Both the position numbers and the translations under genes were made by a program. The notes beneath the pieces are model-generated. The model had not been told where the DNA came from and ran no database searches. It was given only the letters and a program-made list of their open reading frames with translations. A stretch of DNA of 64,000 nt, taken from contig CAWKAR010000045.1 of assembly GCA_963847625.1 (NCBI GenBank), positions 64,001 to 128,000 on the forward strand, in the 5' to 3' direction. Below, in pieces: positions 18,133-27,061 of the stretch; position 1 is the stretch's first letter, and every line of letters begins with the position of its first letter. The DNA comes from a candidate division FCPU426 bacterium (GTDB lineage: Bacteria; Oederibacteriota; Muellerivitia; Muellerivitales; Muellerivitaceae).

Positions 18133-20244
18133 ATGGCCATACCTAAAACATGGTCGTACCATTCCCGGTTCAACCGCTGGATCTATTTCGCCATCCTTCT
18201 CTTGGCCAATCTGGGCATTTCAATTTTAAAATTACCCCCGCTCCTTCTTGCAGTCGTGGTCATCCTAGGGCTGGCCCTCCCGCTTTATATCGCATGGAGA
18301 ACTTCCACCCTTCAGGCTCCGGGACAGCCACCGTCTTACTCCGTTGAATTGTTCGAATCTTTTCCAACAGCCCTCATCCTCGCGGGTTTTGCCCTGTGCG
18401 TTTTCCTGCGGTTCTATAAATTGGAAGGCCTTTTCGCCTGGCCCAACGGGGATGAGGGTTGGATCGGGATGAATGCCATGGAATTGGCCCGCCACTGGAA
18501 CTGGAAATTTTTTTACACCACGGGGGAGGTCCCCCCCCTTTCCGTGTGGGCGGTAGCCGCCATGTTCAAAACGGGCCTCTCCCCCTTTTTGTGCCTTTGG
18601 TTCCTACCCGCCGCCGCGTCCAGCCTTACGGTGGCGGCCGGGTATTACGCGGCCCGCCAATTATTTTCAAGGTCCTTCTCGCTCCTGGCGGGAGCCCTGC
18701 TGGCCTTCAGTTACTGGCCCCTTTTCATCGGCCGGACCTGCAACCATGGGGTCTGGATGGCCTTCTGGGTTTGCGGTTGTTTTTTCTTTTTAGGCCGCTT
18801 CCTTAAAAACGACACGGGCAGTCAAAAAGGCGGGGAAGCCGCCGTCTTGGGTTTCGTCTCGGGCCTGGGTTCATTGATCTTCACCCCCTGGCCGGTCGTG
18901 ACCCTGGCCATCGCGGTTTTTGTGTACCAGCGCACGATGGCCGGAGAGAGAAAGAACCGGAAAAATTTTTTCATTTTCACCGCCTTCCTCCTCCTTTCAC
19001 TGCTTCCTTACTTGGCGGCCGTCCTGTCCGCGAGGCCGGGGCAGCACGCCTCCGCGGTGGCGGCCTGGAGCGGATGGTTCCCGTGGAACCACCAAATCCC
19101 GGTCGTGCTTCACTATTTTACCTGCCTTTTCTGGAAGGATTTCGACGACACAGCGGCCTATACCCCCACCTGGTGGGGATTCTTGAACCCGGTCCTCAGC
19201 TCCTTTTTTTTCCTGGGGGTTATGGAAATTCTGCCATACCGGAGGATTCCAAGGGCCAAGTGGTTCTTTCCTCTTTTCCTTTTTTTCATGCTCCCGGGGC
19301 TTTTAACCATGAACTTGGAAGCCTTCAGGATCATCCAAGTCATGCCCCTTTTGACCGCCGTGTCGGCCCTGGGCCTGTTTTCCTTTCTTACCCCCCTTCC
19401 GCCGGCGGGGCGAATACCCGCGCTAGCGGTTATTCTTTTAGTTTCCGGCTCCATGGACTTTTTCCAACTGACCGCGCCATTCCGGGATATTGCCGCCCAT
19501 CCCGGACTCTTCGGCAGAAACGGCAGGTCCTTTCAAAGATACAAGGCCTACCAGGAGCTTCTCCAGGAAAGCCGGCAAAAAGGGCCCGGGTTGATCTTCA
19601 CCGATTTCGACCCCGACAGCCCCAATGACACGACCCTTTCTTTGATGACCCATCCCTTCAATGCCGCGCTGAACCCCGCTTTGGATTCTTCACAGGCCCA
19701 ATGGGCCGCCCTCTTCGTTAACGTGAATTACAAGCCTTACCTGGAAGCCCGTTTTCCCAATGGCCGTTGGGATTGGATGGCACAAGGCCTATCGATCGAT
19801 AACGGCGGATATATGCTGGGCGTGATTAACCTGACCCCTGAAACCCGGCCCGTGATCGCGCAATGGCTCCAGGTTCATGGCTTATTTCACGAGAACAACC
19901 TGCTGTGGTATTCGCAAAGCAGGCTGATGTGGGATGAGGTTTTCCAATCGCTTCAAAAAGCCGAGCCCCTCGTCCAGCAAGACCCTTTTTTATTCACCGT
20001 TTATTGGGAAAAAACCGCGGCCTATTACTACAAGAAAGTGGATTTCCCGGATTGCATCAAGGCCTATCTTAAGGCCATCAACCAGGGTTATCCGACGGCG
20101 GGGCTTTGCTACGACCTGGGTGACTTGATGTTGGCCCTCAAATACCCCAAAGACGCCATTCCGGCCCTCCGGTTGGCCGTCAAAGCCCCATTGGACATGA
20201 CCTCGGCCCGGAGCGTTCTTTTGCCAATGGGTGGTTACAAGTGA
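18133..20244 (+). CDS. GT-C fold (PMT/ArnT-like, GT39-type) membrane glycosyltransferase with short C-terminal TPR
   Basis: FLRFYKL...NGDEG acidic motif after the N-terminal TMs, many TM helices, TPR-like tail (CYDLGDLMLAL). Confidence 0.75.
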   Translation: MAIPKTWSYHSRFNRWIYFAILLLANLGISILKLPPLLLAVVVILGLALPLYIAWRTSTLQAPGQPPSYSVELFESFPTALILAGFALCVFLRFYKLEGLFAWPNGDEGWIGMNAMELARHWNWKFFYTTGEVPPLSVWAVAAMFKTGLSPFLCLWFLPAAASSLTVAAGYYAARQLFSRSFSLLAGALLAFSYWPLFIGRTCNHGVWMAFWVCGCFFFLGRFLKNDTGSQKGGEAAVLGFVSGLGSLIFTPWPVVTLAIAVFVYQRTMAGERKNRKNFFIFTAFLLLSLLPYLAAVLSARPGQHASAVAAWSGWFPWNHQIPVVLHYFTCLFWKDFDDTAAYTPTWWGFLNPVLSSFFFLGVMEILPYRRIPRAKWFFPLFLFFMLPGLLTMNLEAFRIIQVMPLLTAVSALGLFSFLTPLPPAGRIPALAVILLVSGSMDFFQLTAPFRDIAAHPGLFGRNGRSFQRYKAYQELLQESRQKGPGLIFTDFDPDSPNDTTLSLMTHPFNAALNPALDSSQAQWAALFVNVNYKPYLEARFPNGRWDWMAQGLSIDNGGYMLGVINLTPETRPVIAQWLQVHGLFHENNLLWYSQSRLMWDEVFQSLQKAEPLVQQDPFLFTVYWEKTAAYYYKKVDFPDCIKAYLKAINQGYPTAGLCYDLGDLMLALKYPKDAIPALRLAVKAPLDMTSARSVLLPMGGYK

Positions 20245-20450
20245 GGAGGCGTTCCCTGAAGGAAATGAACAAGGCCATCGAGGCCAACCCCCGTTTCGAG
20301 AAGGCCCGTGTAAACGCTGATTTTTTGGAGGAAATCTACAAGAAAATCCTCATGGTCATGCGTAACGCCTACTCTTCGGCAAACGGGGAAAAACAAACAT
20401 CCGCTGGTTTCGCACGCCGGGCGGAAATGTCCTCCAAAACATCCAACTAG
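20241..20450 (+). CDS. Small hypothetical protein, possibly a TPR remnant
   Basis: GTGA start/stop overlap with the upstream gene; KAIEANPRFEKARVN resembles a TPR turn. Confidence 0.35.
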   Translation: MRRRSLKEMNKAIEANPRFEKARVNADFLEEIYKKILMVMRNAYSSANGEKQTSAGFARRAEMSSKTSN

Positions 20451-20451
20451 A

Positions 20452-20497
20452 AAACAAAAAAGCCCCACCGTTCAGACCGGTGGGGCTGATCTTTTTT
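20452..20497. terminator. Likely bidirectional intrinsic terminator
   Basis: AGCCCCACCG-ttcagac-CGGTGGGGCT (20461-20487) with an A tract before and a T tract after, between convergent genes. Confidence 0.85.
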
Positions 20498-20531
20498 AGG
20501 GATTGCTGGTTCGGAAATCCCCGACTGCCAA

Positions 20532-22337
20532 TTATAAATCCAGGTAATTCTTGAGCACGCGGCTCCTGGAAGGATGCCGCAGTTTCTTCAGGGCCTTGGC
20601 CTCGATCTGCCTGACGCGCTCACGGGTAACGTGAAATACATTTCCAACCTCTTCCAGGGTGCGGGGAGGGCCGTTGTCCAGGCCGAACCTCTGCCTCAAG
20701 ACCTCCGCTTCCCGGTCCTTGAGCGTCCCCAGGGCCTTGGTGATCTTCTCCTTGAGGAGCGCGAAAGCGGCCGCGTTGTCCGGGCTGATGGCATCCTTGT
20801 CTGCGATAAAATCCCCCAGGTGGCTGTCCTGCTCCTCACCGACGGGCGTTTCCAGCGAAATCGGCGACTGGGCGACCTTCAGGCAGGACCGGATCTTTTC
20901 CACGGGCAATTCCAGGCGGTCGGCGATCTCATCCACCGTGGGCTCATGCCCCAGTTCCTGTACCAGGTCGCGGGAAGCTTTCACGGATTTGTTAATGATC
21001 TCGTTCATGTGCACCGGGACACGGATCGTGCGGGCTTGGTCCGAGATGGCGCGGGTGATGGCCTGGCGGACCCACCAGGTGGCGTAGGTGGAAAACTTGT
21101 AACCCCGCCGGTACTCGAACTTCTCAACCCCCCGCATGAGGCCGATATTCCCCTCCTGGATGAGATCCAGGAACGGCAGGCCACGGTTGACGTATTTTTT
21201 CGCGATGGAGATGACCAGCCGCAGGTTGGCTTCCACCATCTCCATGCGCGCGCGGTAGGCCTCGCGCTCGCCCGTGCGGATCACGCGCATCATTTCCTTG
21301 ACGCGCTCCCGCCCGGCCATGGCCTTCTTCTCGAGCTTCTTGATCTGGCGCCTGGCCGCGTCCCAACGTTGGCAGGCATCCATGAAGTCCCCGCCCTTCA
21401 GGGCGCTTTTTCTTTCCAGGGCCTTGAAATCGCCGGGCCCGCCGTGTTTGAGCGTACCAGGGAGTTTGATGTAGTGCTCGGGAGCGAGCTTCAACCGCTT
21501 GTCCTGCTGGTGCATGAAGTGTTCCTGCTCCTCGATGGCTTCGCCGGGGCCATGGAGACAGCCGACAATGCGTTCCTTCACTTTCTTCTGGAACTGGCAG
21601 TCCTTGACCAGCCAGATGAGGTCAATGAGGGTTTCGTCCAACCGCACTGCCAAAGTCTTGCGTTTCTCGTCCCCCAAGGACTTCAATTCCACCCGGTGCT
21701 GCAATACCTTGATCCGGCGCTCCAGAACCTTGAGCTTGGAGTGGTTTTTCTTGAGCTTGGCCAGGATCTTTTTTTCAGGCGGCCCTCCCGGCAGGTCCTC
21801 ATAGGGCTCCAGGTTGATGGTTTCTTGGAGGGTTTTCTTTTTCTTGAGGATGTCCTTCAGGAGGGCGTGCAGTTCAATAAACCCCAAGGCCGATCCCAGG
21901 ACGATTTTTTCGTGCTTGAACTCGCCCGCCTCGATGCGTTTGGCGATGGCGATTTCCTGATCGCGGGTCAACAGCGAAATGCGGCCCATCTCGCGAAGGT
22001 ACATTTTGACCGGGTCGCCCATCCTGGCCTCGAAGACGGCGGCCCCGGCGGTTTTGTCGAACTCCGCGCCGTCGCCCCCCTCATCGTCCCCCGGGGCGGC
22101 TCCGGGGGTACCGGCCTCCGCCTTGCCGTCTTCCTCGGCGCTTTCAACTTTTTTTTCCTGGTCTACGATCTTGACGTCGTTCTCGCCTAGAAGAAGGAGG
22201 ATCTCATCGATCTCATCGGAAGAGACGGCCTCTTCGGGCAGGATGTCGTTCACTTGCTTGTAGGTGATGTAGCCCTTTTCCTTCCCGACCTTGAGGATGT
22301 TCTTGGCGCGGTCGAACTTGGACATTTCCGTCTTCAT
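20532..22337 (-). CDS. rpoD: RNA polymerase sigma-70 factor, RpoD type
   Basis: Region 1.1, [50 protein letters not shown]...[20 protein letters not shown] before ATG 22337. Confidence 0.93.
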   Translation of the reverse strand: MKTEMSKFDRAKNILKVGKEKGYITYKQVNDILPEEAVSSDEIDEILLLLGENDVKIVDQEKKVESAEEDGKAEAGTPGAAPGDDEGGDGAEFDKTAGAAVFEARMGDPVKMYLREMGRISLLTRDQEIAIAKRIEAGEFKHEKIVLGSALGFIELHALLKDILKKKKTLQETINLEPYEDLPGGPPEKKILAKLKKNHSKLKVLERRIKVLQHRVELKSLGDEKRKTLAVRLDETLIDLIWLVKDCQFQKKVKERIVGCLHGPGEAIEEQEHFMHQQDKRLKLAPEHYIKLPGTLKHGGPGDFKALERKSALKGGDFMDACQRWDAARRQIKKLEKKAMAGRERVKEMMRVIRTGEREAYRARMEMVEANLRLVISIAKKYVNRGLPFLDLIQEGNIGLMRGVEKFEYRRGYKFSTYATWWVRQAITRAISDQARTIRVPVHMNEIINKSVKASRDLVQELGHEPTVDEIADRLELPVEKIRSCLKVAQSPISLETPVGEEQDSHLGDFIADKDAISPDNAAAFALLKEKITKALGTLKDREAEVLRQRFGLDNGPPRTLEEVGNVFHVTRERVRQIEAKALKKLRHPSRSRVLKNYLDL

Positions 22338-22591
22338 GAGCTCTCCACGTCTTAGGGGATAGCGGCACACAAGGGGGTGCATCTTAGCTGAATAAGCCGC
22401 CAAATGCGCAGGTTTCGTAAAATGTTTCTTATGAATACTTTCCTAGTCCCGGGGAGATGACCGCATGACAAGGGGGGCGAAAACCACTTTTTGCAAGCAA
22501 ATTGCTTGAAAAACCAAAAAGTGGATAATGGGTTGTTGTTCATCCAACCATAAATATAGAGTTAAAATCGGACTTTAATAAGGGGGGGCTG

Positions 22592-23197
22592 ATGAAAAAG
22601 GGGTTTTTATTTCGCTTTCTGGCATCCATCCTGCTCGGGGGAATGCTCGGCTTATCCAGCCAAGGGGAAGACGCCCGGATCATCGTCAAGCTTGGGCACA
22701 ACCCCCCGGGCGAGGAGCTGAGAACCGCTTCCCTCTACCTGGTTTTCAAGGGGGACAAGAGCGACAGCCTGACTGGCGTCGAAACCGAGGATGAGAGCCG
22801 GTTCTATGCCGAGGTTTGGGACGATCTGTACCTGCAAGTCACCCCGGATCCAGGGGAAGAGGGAACCGAGGGTTATATTTTCGCCTTTACCAAGGATAAG
22901 GCGGGCAAGGATCCCGTGGCTTTAAAGGAATCCAAGGATGCCCTCTTTATGAAGGGGATTGCGGCGATGGATTTTCGGACCGCAGATAATTCCTCGGCCC
23001 GCCCCCTGAAGCCCGGTCCCGGGACGCTAGAAGACCGGGGCGCCCTGAGGCTGATCCATTACGACGGGTTTGACGCGGAAATCCGGGTGCTGGAATTCAA
23101 TATCGGCGGTGCCACCGTGAAGAAAAAACCCTTCTTTAAATCCCTCTCATGCCTGGTGACGATTACGGAAAAAGCGCCGGCCGCGCGCGAAAAATGA
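22592..23197 (+). CDS. Hypothetical exported protein
   Basis: Signal-peptide-like N-terminus MKKGFLFRFLASILLGGMLG; no recognised domain. Confidence 0.7.
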   Translation: MKKGFLFRFLASILLGGMLGLSSQGEDARIIVKLGHNPPGEELRTASLYLVFKGDKSDSLTGVETEDESRFYAEVWDDLYLQVTPDPGEEGTEGYIFAFTKDKAGKDPVALKESKDALFMKGIAAMDFRTADNSSARPLKPGPGTLEDRGALRLIHYDGFDAEIRVLEFNIGGATVKKKPFFKSLSCLVTITEKAPAAREK

Positions 23198-23289
23198 TGA
23201 AAACAGCCGTTCACAAGACATGAGACATTGTGAATGAATCTTTAATATAATAAGCTGACGTTAACATTATTCTAAAAAAGGCCACCCCC

Positions 23290-24399
23290 ATGAAACACAA
23301 AGCCGCCTTGAAGCCGGGTATGAAAATGAAAATCCAAAAGAAAACCACTCTTGAAAAAACAATTTTGCAGCGGGAACTGGATATGTTCCACCGGATCATC
23401 GAGGGCATGCGGGAGGAGCTTTCCTACGTGGACCTCCTGAAGCTCACCGTCACCTGCGTGTGCAAAGGTTTGGGATACGACCGGGCCGGTATTTTCCTGG
23501 TGGAGCCGGGGGGGAAAAGCATCGCCCGGGCCATTGGAGTGGACGCCAAGGGTCGGTTTGAGGTCGGATACGACCACGTGGACCCTTTGCACGACAAAAG
23601 GGGTTTCAGCACCTTCTCTGACTTGGTCCACGGCTACCGGAAATATTTCTACACCGGCAATCTGCTTAAACTGTATCCCAACGCCAAGGGTGTCGAAAAA
23701 GGGGTGACCTGCAACGCCAACGTGCCGATCTTGGTGGGGAGGAAAAGGATCATCGGCGTCCTGGCCGTCGACAACCTATTCACCCAGCGCAACCTGACCC
23801 GCAAGGACATCGGCTCCCTGATGAATTTCGCAACCCAGGCGGGAATGGCCATCGAGACCATCCGGCTCCATGAGCAGGTCCGGGAGCTTTCCGTCACCGA
23901 CGGATTGACCCGGATCCATAACCGGCGGTATTTCGAGAGGGTCCTGGATGACGAGATCACGCGCTGCAAAAGGTATATCCGGGCTTGCAGCCTTCTGTAC
24001 CTGGATGTGGACCATTTCAAAAATATCAACGACCACTACGGCCATCCGGCTGGCGATGAAGTGTTAAAGTTCATCGCCCTGTTTTTGCGCGCGGACCTAA
24101 GAACCATCGACGTGGTGGCCCGGCTAGGGGGCGACGAGTTCGGCATCATCCTTCCTGAAATCCATCCGGAAGGCGCTTTGACGGTGGCGCAAAGGCTTCA
24201 CCGGAAGATCGCGGATGTGCACCTGCCAGTGGAAGCAATGGTGAAGGACCGTAAAAAAATCACGCTTAGTATTGGAATAGCCACTTTCCCCGAGAACGCA
24301 GGCACAGCTGATGAACTGGTCAAGATGGCGGATAAAAGCCTTTACAAGGCCAAGACTTCCGGCCGGAACCGCGTGGGGCCCTTTATTAGAAAGTCTTAG
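23290..24399 (+). CDS. GAF-GGDEF diguanylate cyclase
   Basis: GAF-like region, TDGLTRIHNRRYF, DVDHFKNINDHYGHPAGD, I-site RTID, intact RLGGDEF; exact start uncertain. Confidence 0.92.
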   Translation: MKHKAALKPGMKMKIQKKTTLEKTILQRELDMFHRIIEGMREELSYVDLLKLTVTCVCKGLGYDRAGIFLVEPGGKSIARAIGVDAKGRFEVGYDHVDPLHDKRGFSTFSDLVHGYRKYFYTGNLLKLYPNAKGVEKGVTCNANVPILVGRKRIIGVLAVDNLFTQRNLTRKDIGSLMNFATQAGMAIETIRLHEQVRELSVTDGLTRIHNRRYFERVLDDEITRCKRYIRACSLLYLDVDHFKNINDHYGHPAGDEVLKFIALFLRADLRTIDVVARLGGDEFGIILPEIHPEGALTVAQRLHRKIADVHLPVEAMVKDRKKITLSIGIATFPENAGTADELVKMADKSLYKAKTSGRNRVGPFIRKS

Positions 24400-24607
24400 C
24401 CGCTCCAGTTGTTCATTGTTAAAGATCCGCGCCTTATCCCAAATGCTTTCCTGTTAACGGTATCTTTATAAGCTTTTTAGAAGACCGGTAAGAAATCAGA
24501 TGATTTTTTATCGTTGAATATTTCAATAACAAAAATCCATTCGTTTTCCGGATGGTGAACTTCAACCATTTCCAGAGTATTTTTTAATTTCTTTTCCAGG
24601 TTGCGTG

Positions 24608-24636
24608 TTGCGGGGAGATAGATACCCCCCTATAAT
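24608..24636 (+). promoter_or_regulatory. Sigma-70 promoter for the accA operon
   Basis: TTGCGG-17 bp-TATAAT, 35 bp upstream of the start codon. Confidence 0.65.
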
Positions 24637-24671
24637 AATGCCGCTTTTGAAATCCCCATTCCAAGGCGAGC

Positions 24672-25526
24672 ATGAAAGTTAATCAAATTTCACCGTTAAA
24701 AAAGACAACGCATAAGCACAAGGACTCGAAAACCGCATGGGATCGAGTTCAATTGGCCCGCCATGCCCAACGGCCCTTCACGGCCGATTATATCCCGCGG
24801 ATTTTCACCGATTTCATTCCGCTCCATGGGGACCGGGCCTTCGGGGATGATCCCGCCCTCATCGGCGGGCTCGCCTACCTGGACGGCCAGCCAGTGGTTG
24901 TTTTAGGCCACCAAAAGGGCCATGACACCAAGGAAAACCTCCGTCGAAATTTCGGAATGCCGCACCCGGAAGGGTACCGAAAAGCCCTTCGCCTTATGAA
25001 ATTGGGCGAAAAGTTCAAAAAACCCATCATCACCTTTATCGACACGGCCGGCGCTTACCCCGGGTTGGGCGCCGAGGAACGCGGACAGGCTGAGGCTATT
25101 GCCCGTAATCTCTTTGAAATGGCCAAAATAACGGTTCCCATCATTGCCGTAGTTCTGGGGGAGGGAGGAAGCGGGGGTGCCATCGGGATCGGAGTGGCCA
25201 ACCGGGTTTTGATGCTGGAAAACGCCTGGTATTCGGTCATTTCCCCTGAGGGCTGCGCGGCCATCCTCTGGAGTGAAAGAGAAAAAATTCAGCAGGCCGC
25301 CGATGCGCTCAGACTGACTGCGGCTGATCTCCTGGGTTTAAAAGTGGTGGATGAGATCATTCTCGAGCCCCATGGAGGGGCCCAGAACGATTACGACGCG
25401 GCCGCCCATCGATTAAAAAAATCCCTTTTAAAGCACTTGCCAAGACTCCTGAAAATGTCACCCACCGAACTGGAAAATCAAAGGTATGAAAAATTCCGGG
25501 CGATGGGGATTTTTAAGGAAAAGTAA
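24672..25526 (+). CDS. accA: Acetyl-CoA carboxylase carboxyltransferase alpha subunit
   Basis: [59 protein letters not shown]. Confidence 0.97.
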   Translation: MKVNQISPLKKTTHKHKDSKTAWDRVQLARHAQRPFTADYIPRIFTDFIPLHGDRAFGDDPALIGGLAYLDGQPVVVLGHQKGHDTKENLRRNFGMPHPEGYRKALRLMKLGEKFKKPIITFIDTAGAYPGLGAEERGQAEAIARNLFEMAKITVPIIAVVLGEGGSGGAIGIGVANRVLMLENAWYSVISPEGCAAILWSEREKIQQAADALRLTAADLLGLKVVDEIILEPHGGAQNDYDAAAHRLKKSLLKHLPRLLKMSPTELENQRYEKFRAMGIFKEK

Positions 25527-25565
25527 AACCCTGGAAACCACCCACATTAAAGGCTCCTGAATCGA

Positions 25566-26294
25566 ATGAATTCCATCACTAAATCCATCCTCATATTTTC
25601 ACTGGCGTCCTCATTTCTCACTCTTAACTTATCAAGCTCCTGGGCTAAGCCTAGGATCGCCCTCTATGCCGCCCACGGTGGATCGGAACCAGGTTTAAAA
25701 TCCGGCTCGTATTGGGAAAAAGACTGGAACCTCAAGGTGGCCCTGGCCCTGCAAAAGGCTTTCGAAACTGCGGGTTTCGAGGTGGTGATGATTCGAAAAG
25801 GGGACCAGTACAGCGCTCCGGAGAAATGGATCAACCAAATCAATACCTCCATGGCATCCGCCGCCATTGTTGTTCACGCGGACCGGGAGTGGACCGGTAA
25901 AATCTCCGGACCCCTTTTGGTGGTGGAACCTCCTATCCATGTTGACGCGAGTGACGCCAATAGTGTTCAGAAGTGGGGAGCGGTCAGCATGGCCCAATAC
26001 CGTTCCAGCTTAAAACTGGCCAGGGCCATCGGACAGAAACTCGGGATCAATTTGGCCCTCAACAATCTCTCTGATTCAAAAACCCAGGCGGGAGAGGCCG
26101 TATCACCGGAAGGCAGAATTTTCTGCGTTCCTCATGAAAGCCTGAGATGGTTAGCCATGCCCTCGGTGGTCCTGACGCCTCTTTTCATGACTTCCGCCCA
26201 GGATGTGAAAACCATGAACCGCCAGGATCATCTGCAGGATTTTGCCGAACGGACGGTGGAGGGAACGATGGAGTATCTCCAGATCAACCCATGA
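25566..26294 (+). CDS. Exported N-acetylmuramoyl-L-alanine amidase-like protein (Amidase_3), possibly inactive
   Basis: Signal peptide; AAHGGSEPG, EKDWNLKVALAL, VVHAD. Confidence 0.75.
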   Translation: MNSITKSILIFSLASSFLTLNLSSSWAKPRIALYAAHGGSEPGLKSGSYWEKDWNLKVALALQKAFETAGFEVVMIRKGDQYSAPEKWINQINTSMASAAIVVHADREWTGKISGPLLVVEPPIHVDASDANSVQKWGAVSMAQYRSSLKLARAIGQKLGINLALNNLSDSKTQAGEAVSPEGRIFCVPHESLRWLAMPSVVLTPLFMTSAQDVKTMNRQDHLQDFAERTVEGTMEYLQINP

Positions 26295-26983
26295 AAAATT
26301 CACCTAAATCGAAGGATCAACTTCCCCTCTTCCAGCGCGAGGCCAACGTGGCACCTGGAAAAAGTCCGGAAAGGCCGAAAATGAATGCGCGAGGCAATGT
26401 TTTACAAAAAATATTTTTAGGACTAATGGTAATGGTTTTAATCCTTGGCGGATTTCTCATCGAGCACATGAGAAAAGCTGAAGCCGTAAAATTAACAGCG
26501 TCCAGCGCCGCCAAGGAAATCAAGCTCTTCGAGACGCAGGATAAACCTTGGCCCATCTTAATCAAGGAGGTGGATGTCGAAAATGGAAAGGCCGCTAATT
26601 TGGGAGTCACCATCCACCAGAGTAAGAGCAGGTATAACCAAATGAAAGAAGCTATACTGGCATTTCTTCATGGACCCCGGATTGGAAAACTCCAAGTACC
26701 GGTTCCCGGAGGTGTGGAATTAAACGAGTTTTACCTGACCCGCGACGGATTCGCCGTTGTGGATTTATCCCTCTCCAACGTAAAAAAGGAAGAATTCGGT
26801 TTTTACGAGGAAACCCTGTTCGTGCGGGGTTTGATCGAAGCATTAAGCCGGAACTTTTTCGAAGTCAAACAGGTGAAAATATTGGCCGACGGGCAGGATA
26901 CTCCAACCCTCTGCGGCCATTATGCACTGGGAGCGACTGAAGCCGCATCACCGGCCATGGTTCCCGGGGTAAAGGTCCATTAA
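26291..26983 (+). CDS. Membrane-anchored GerMN-domain protein
   Basis: ATGA overlap with the amidase gene; one TM; FLHGP...AVVDLS...EVKQVKILADGQDTPTLCGH. Confidence 0.75.
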   Translation: MKNSPKSKDQLPLFQREANVAPGKSPERPKMNARGNVLQKIFLGLMVMVLILGGFLIEHMRKAEAVKLTASSAAKEIKLFETQDKPWPILIKEVDVENGKAANLGVTIHQSKSRYNQMKEAILAFLHGPRIGKLQVPVPGGVELNEFYLTRDGFAVVDLSLSNVKKEEFGFYEETLFVRGLIEALSRNFFEVKQVKILADGQDTPTLCGHYALGATEAASPAMVPGVKVH

Positions 26984-27061
26984 AAATTTTTCGTCATTAG
27001 CATTACTGCGTTGATCCCGCGGACAAGTCAGGACCTAAAGCAAGTTTTAAGGAAAGATCGT

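Noticed and set aside
20574..22190. 538-aa plus-strand ORF
   Set aside because: Antisense shadow of the GC-rich rpoD gene
22520..22528. DnaA-box-like TTATCCACT on the minus strand
   Set aside because: Single 8/9 match with no cluster
24672..24740. Apparently truncated AccA N-terminus
   Set aside because: Short AccA forms lacking the N-terminal helices are known; a promoter sits directly upstream and the catalytic motifs are intact
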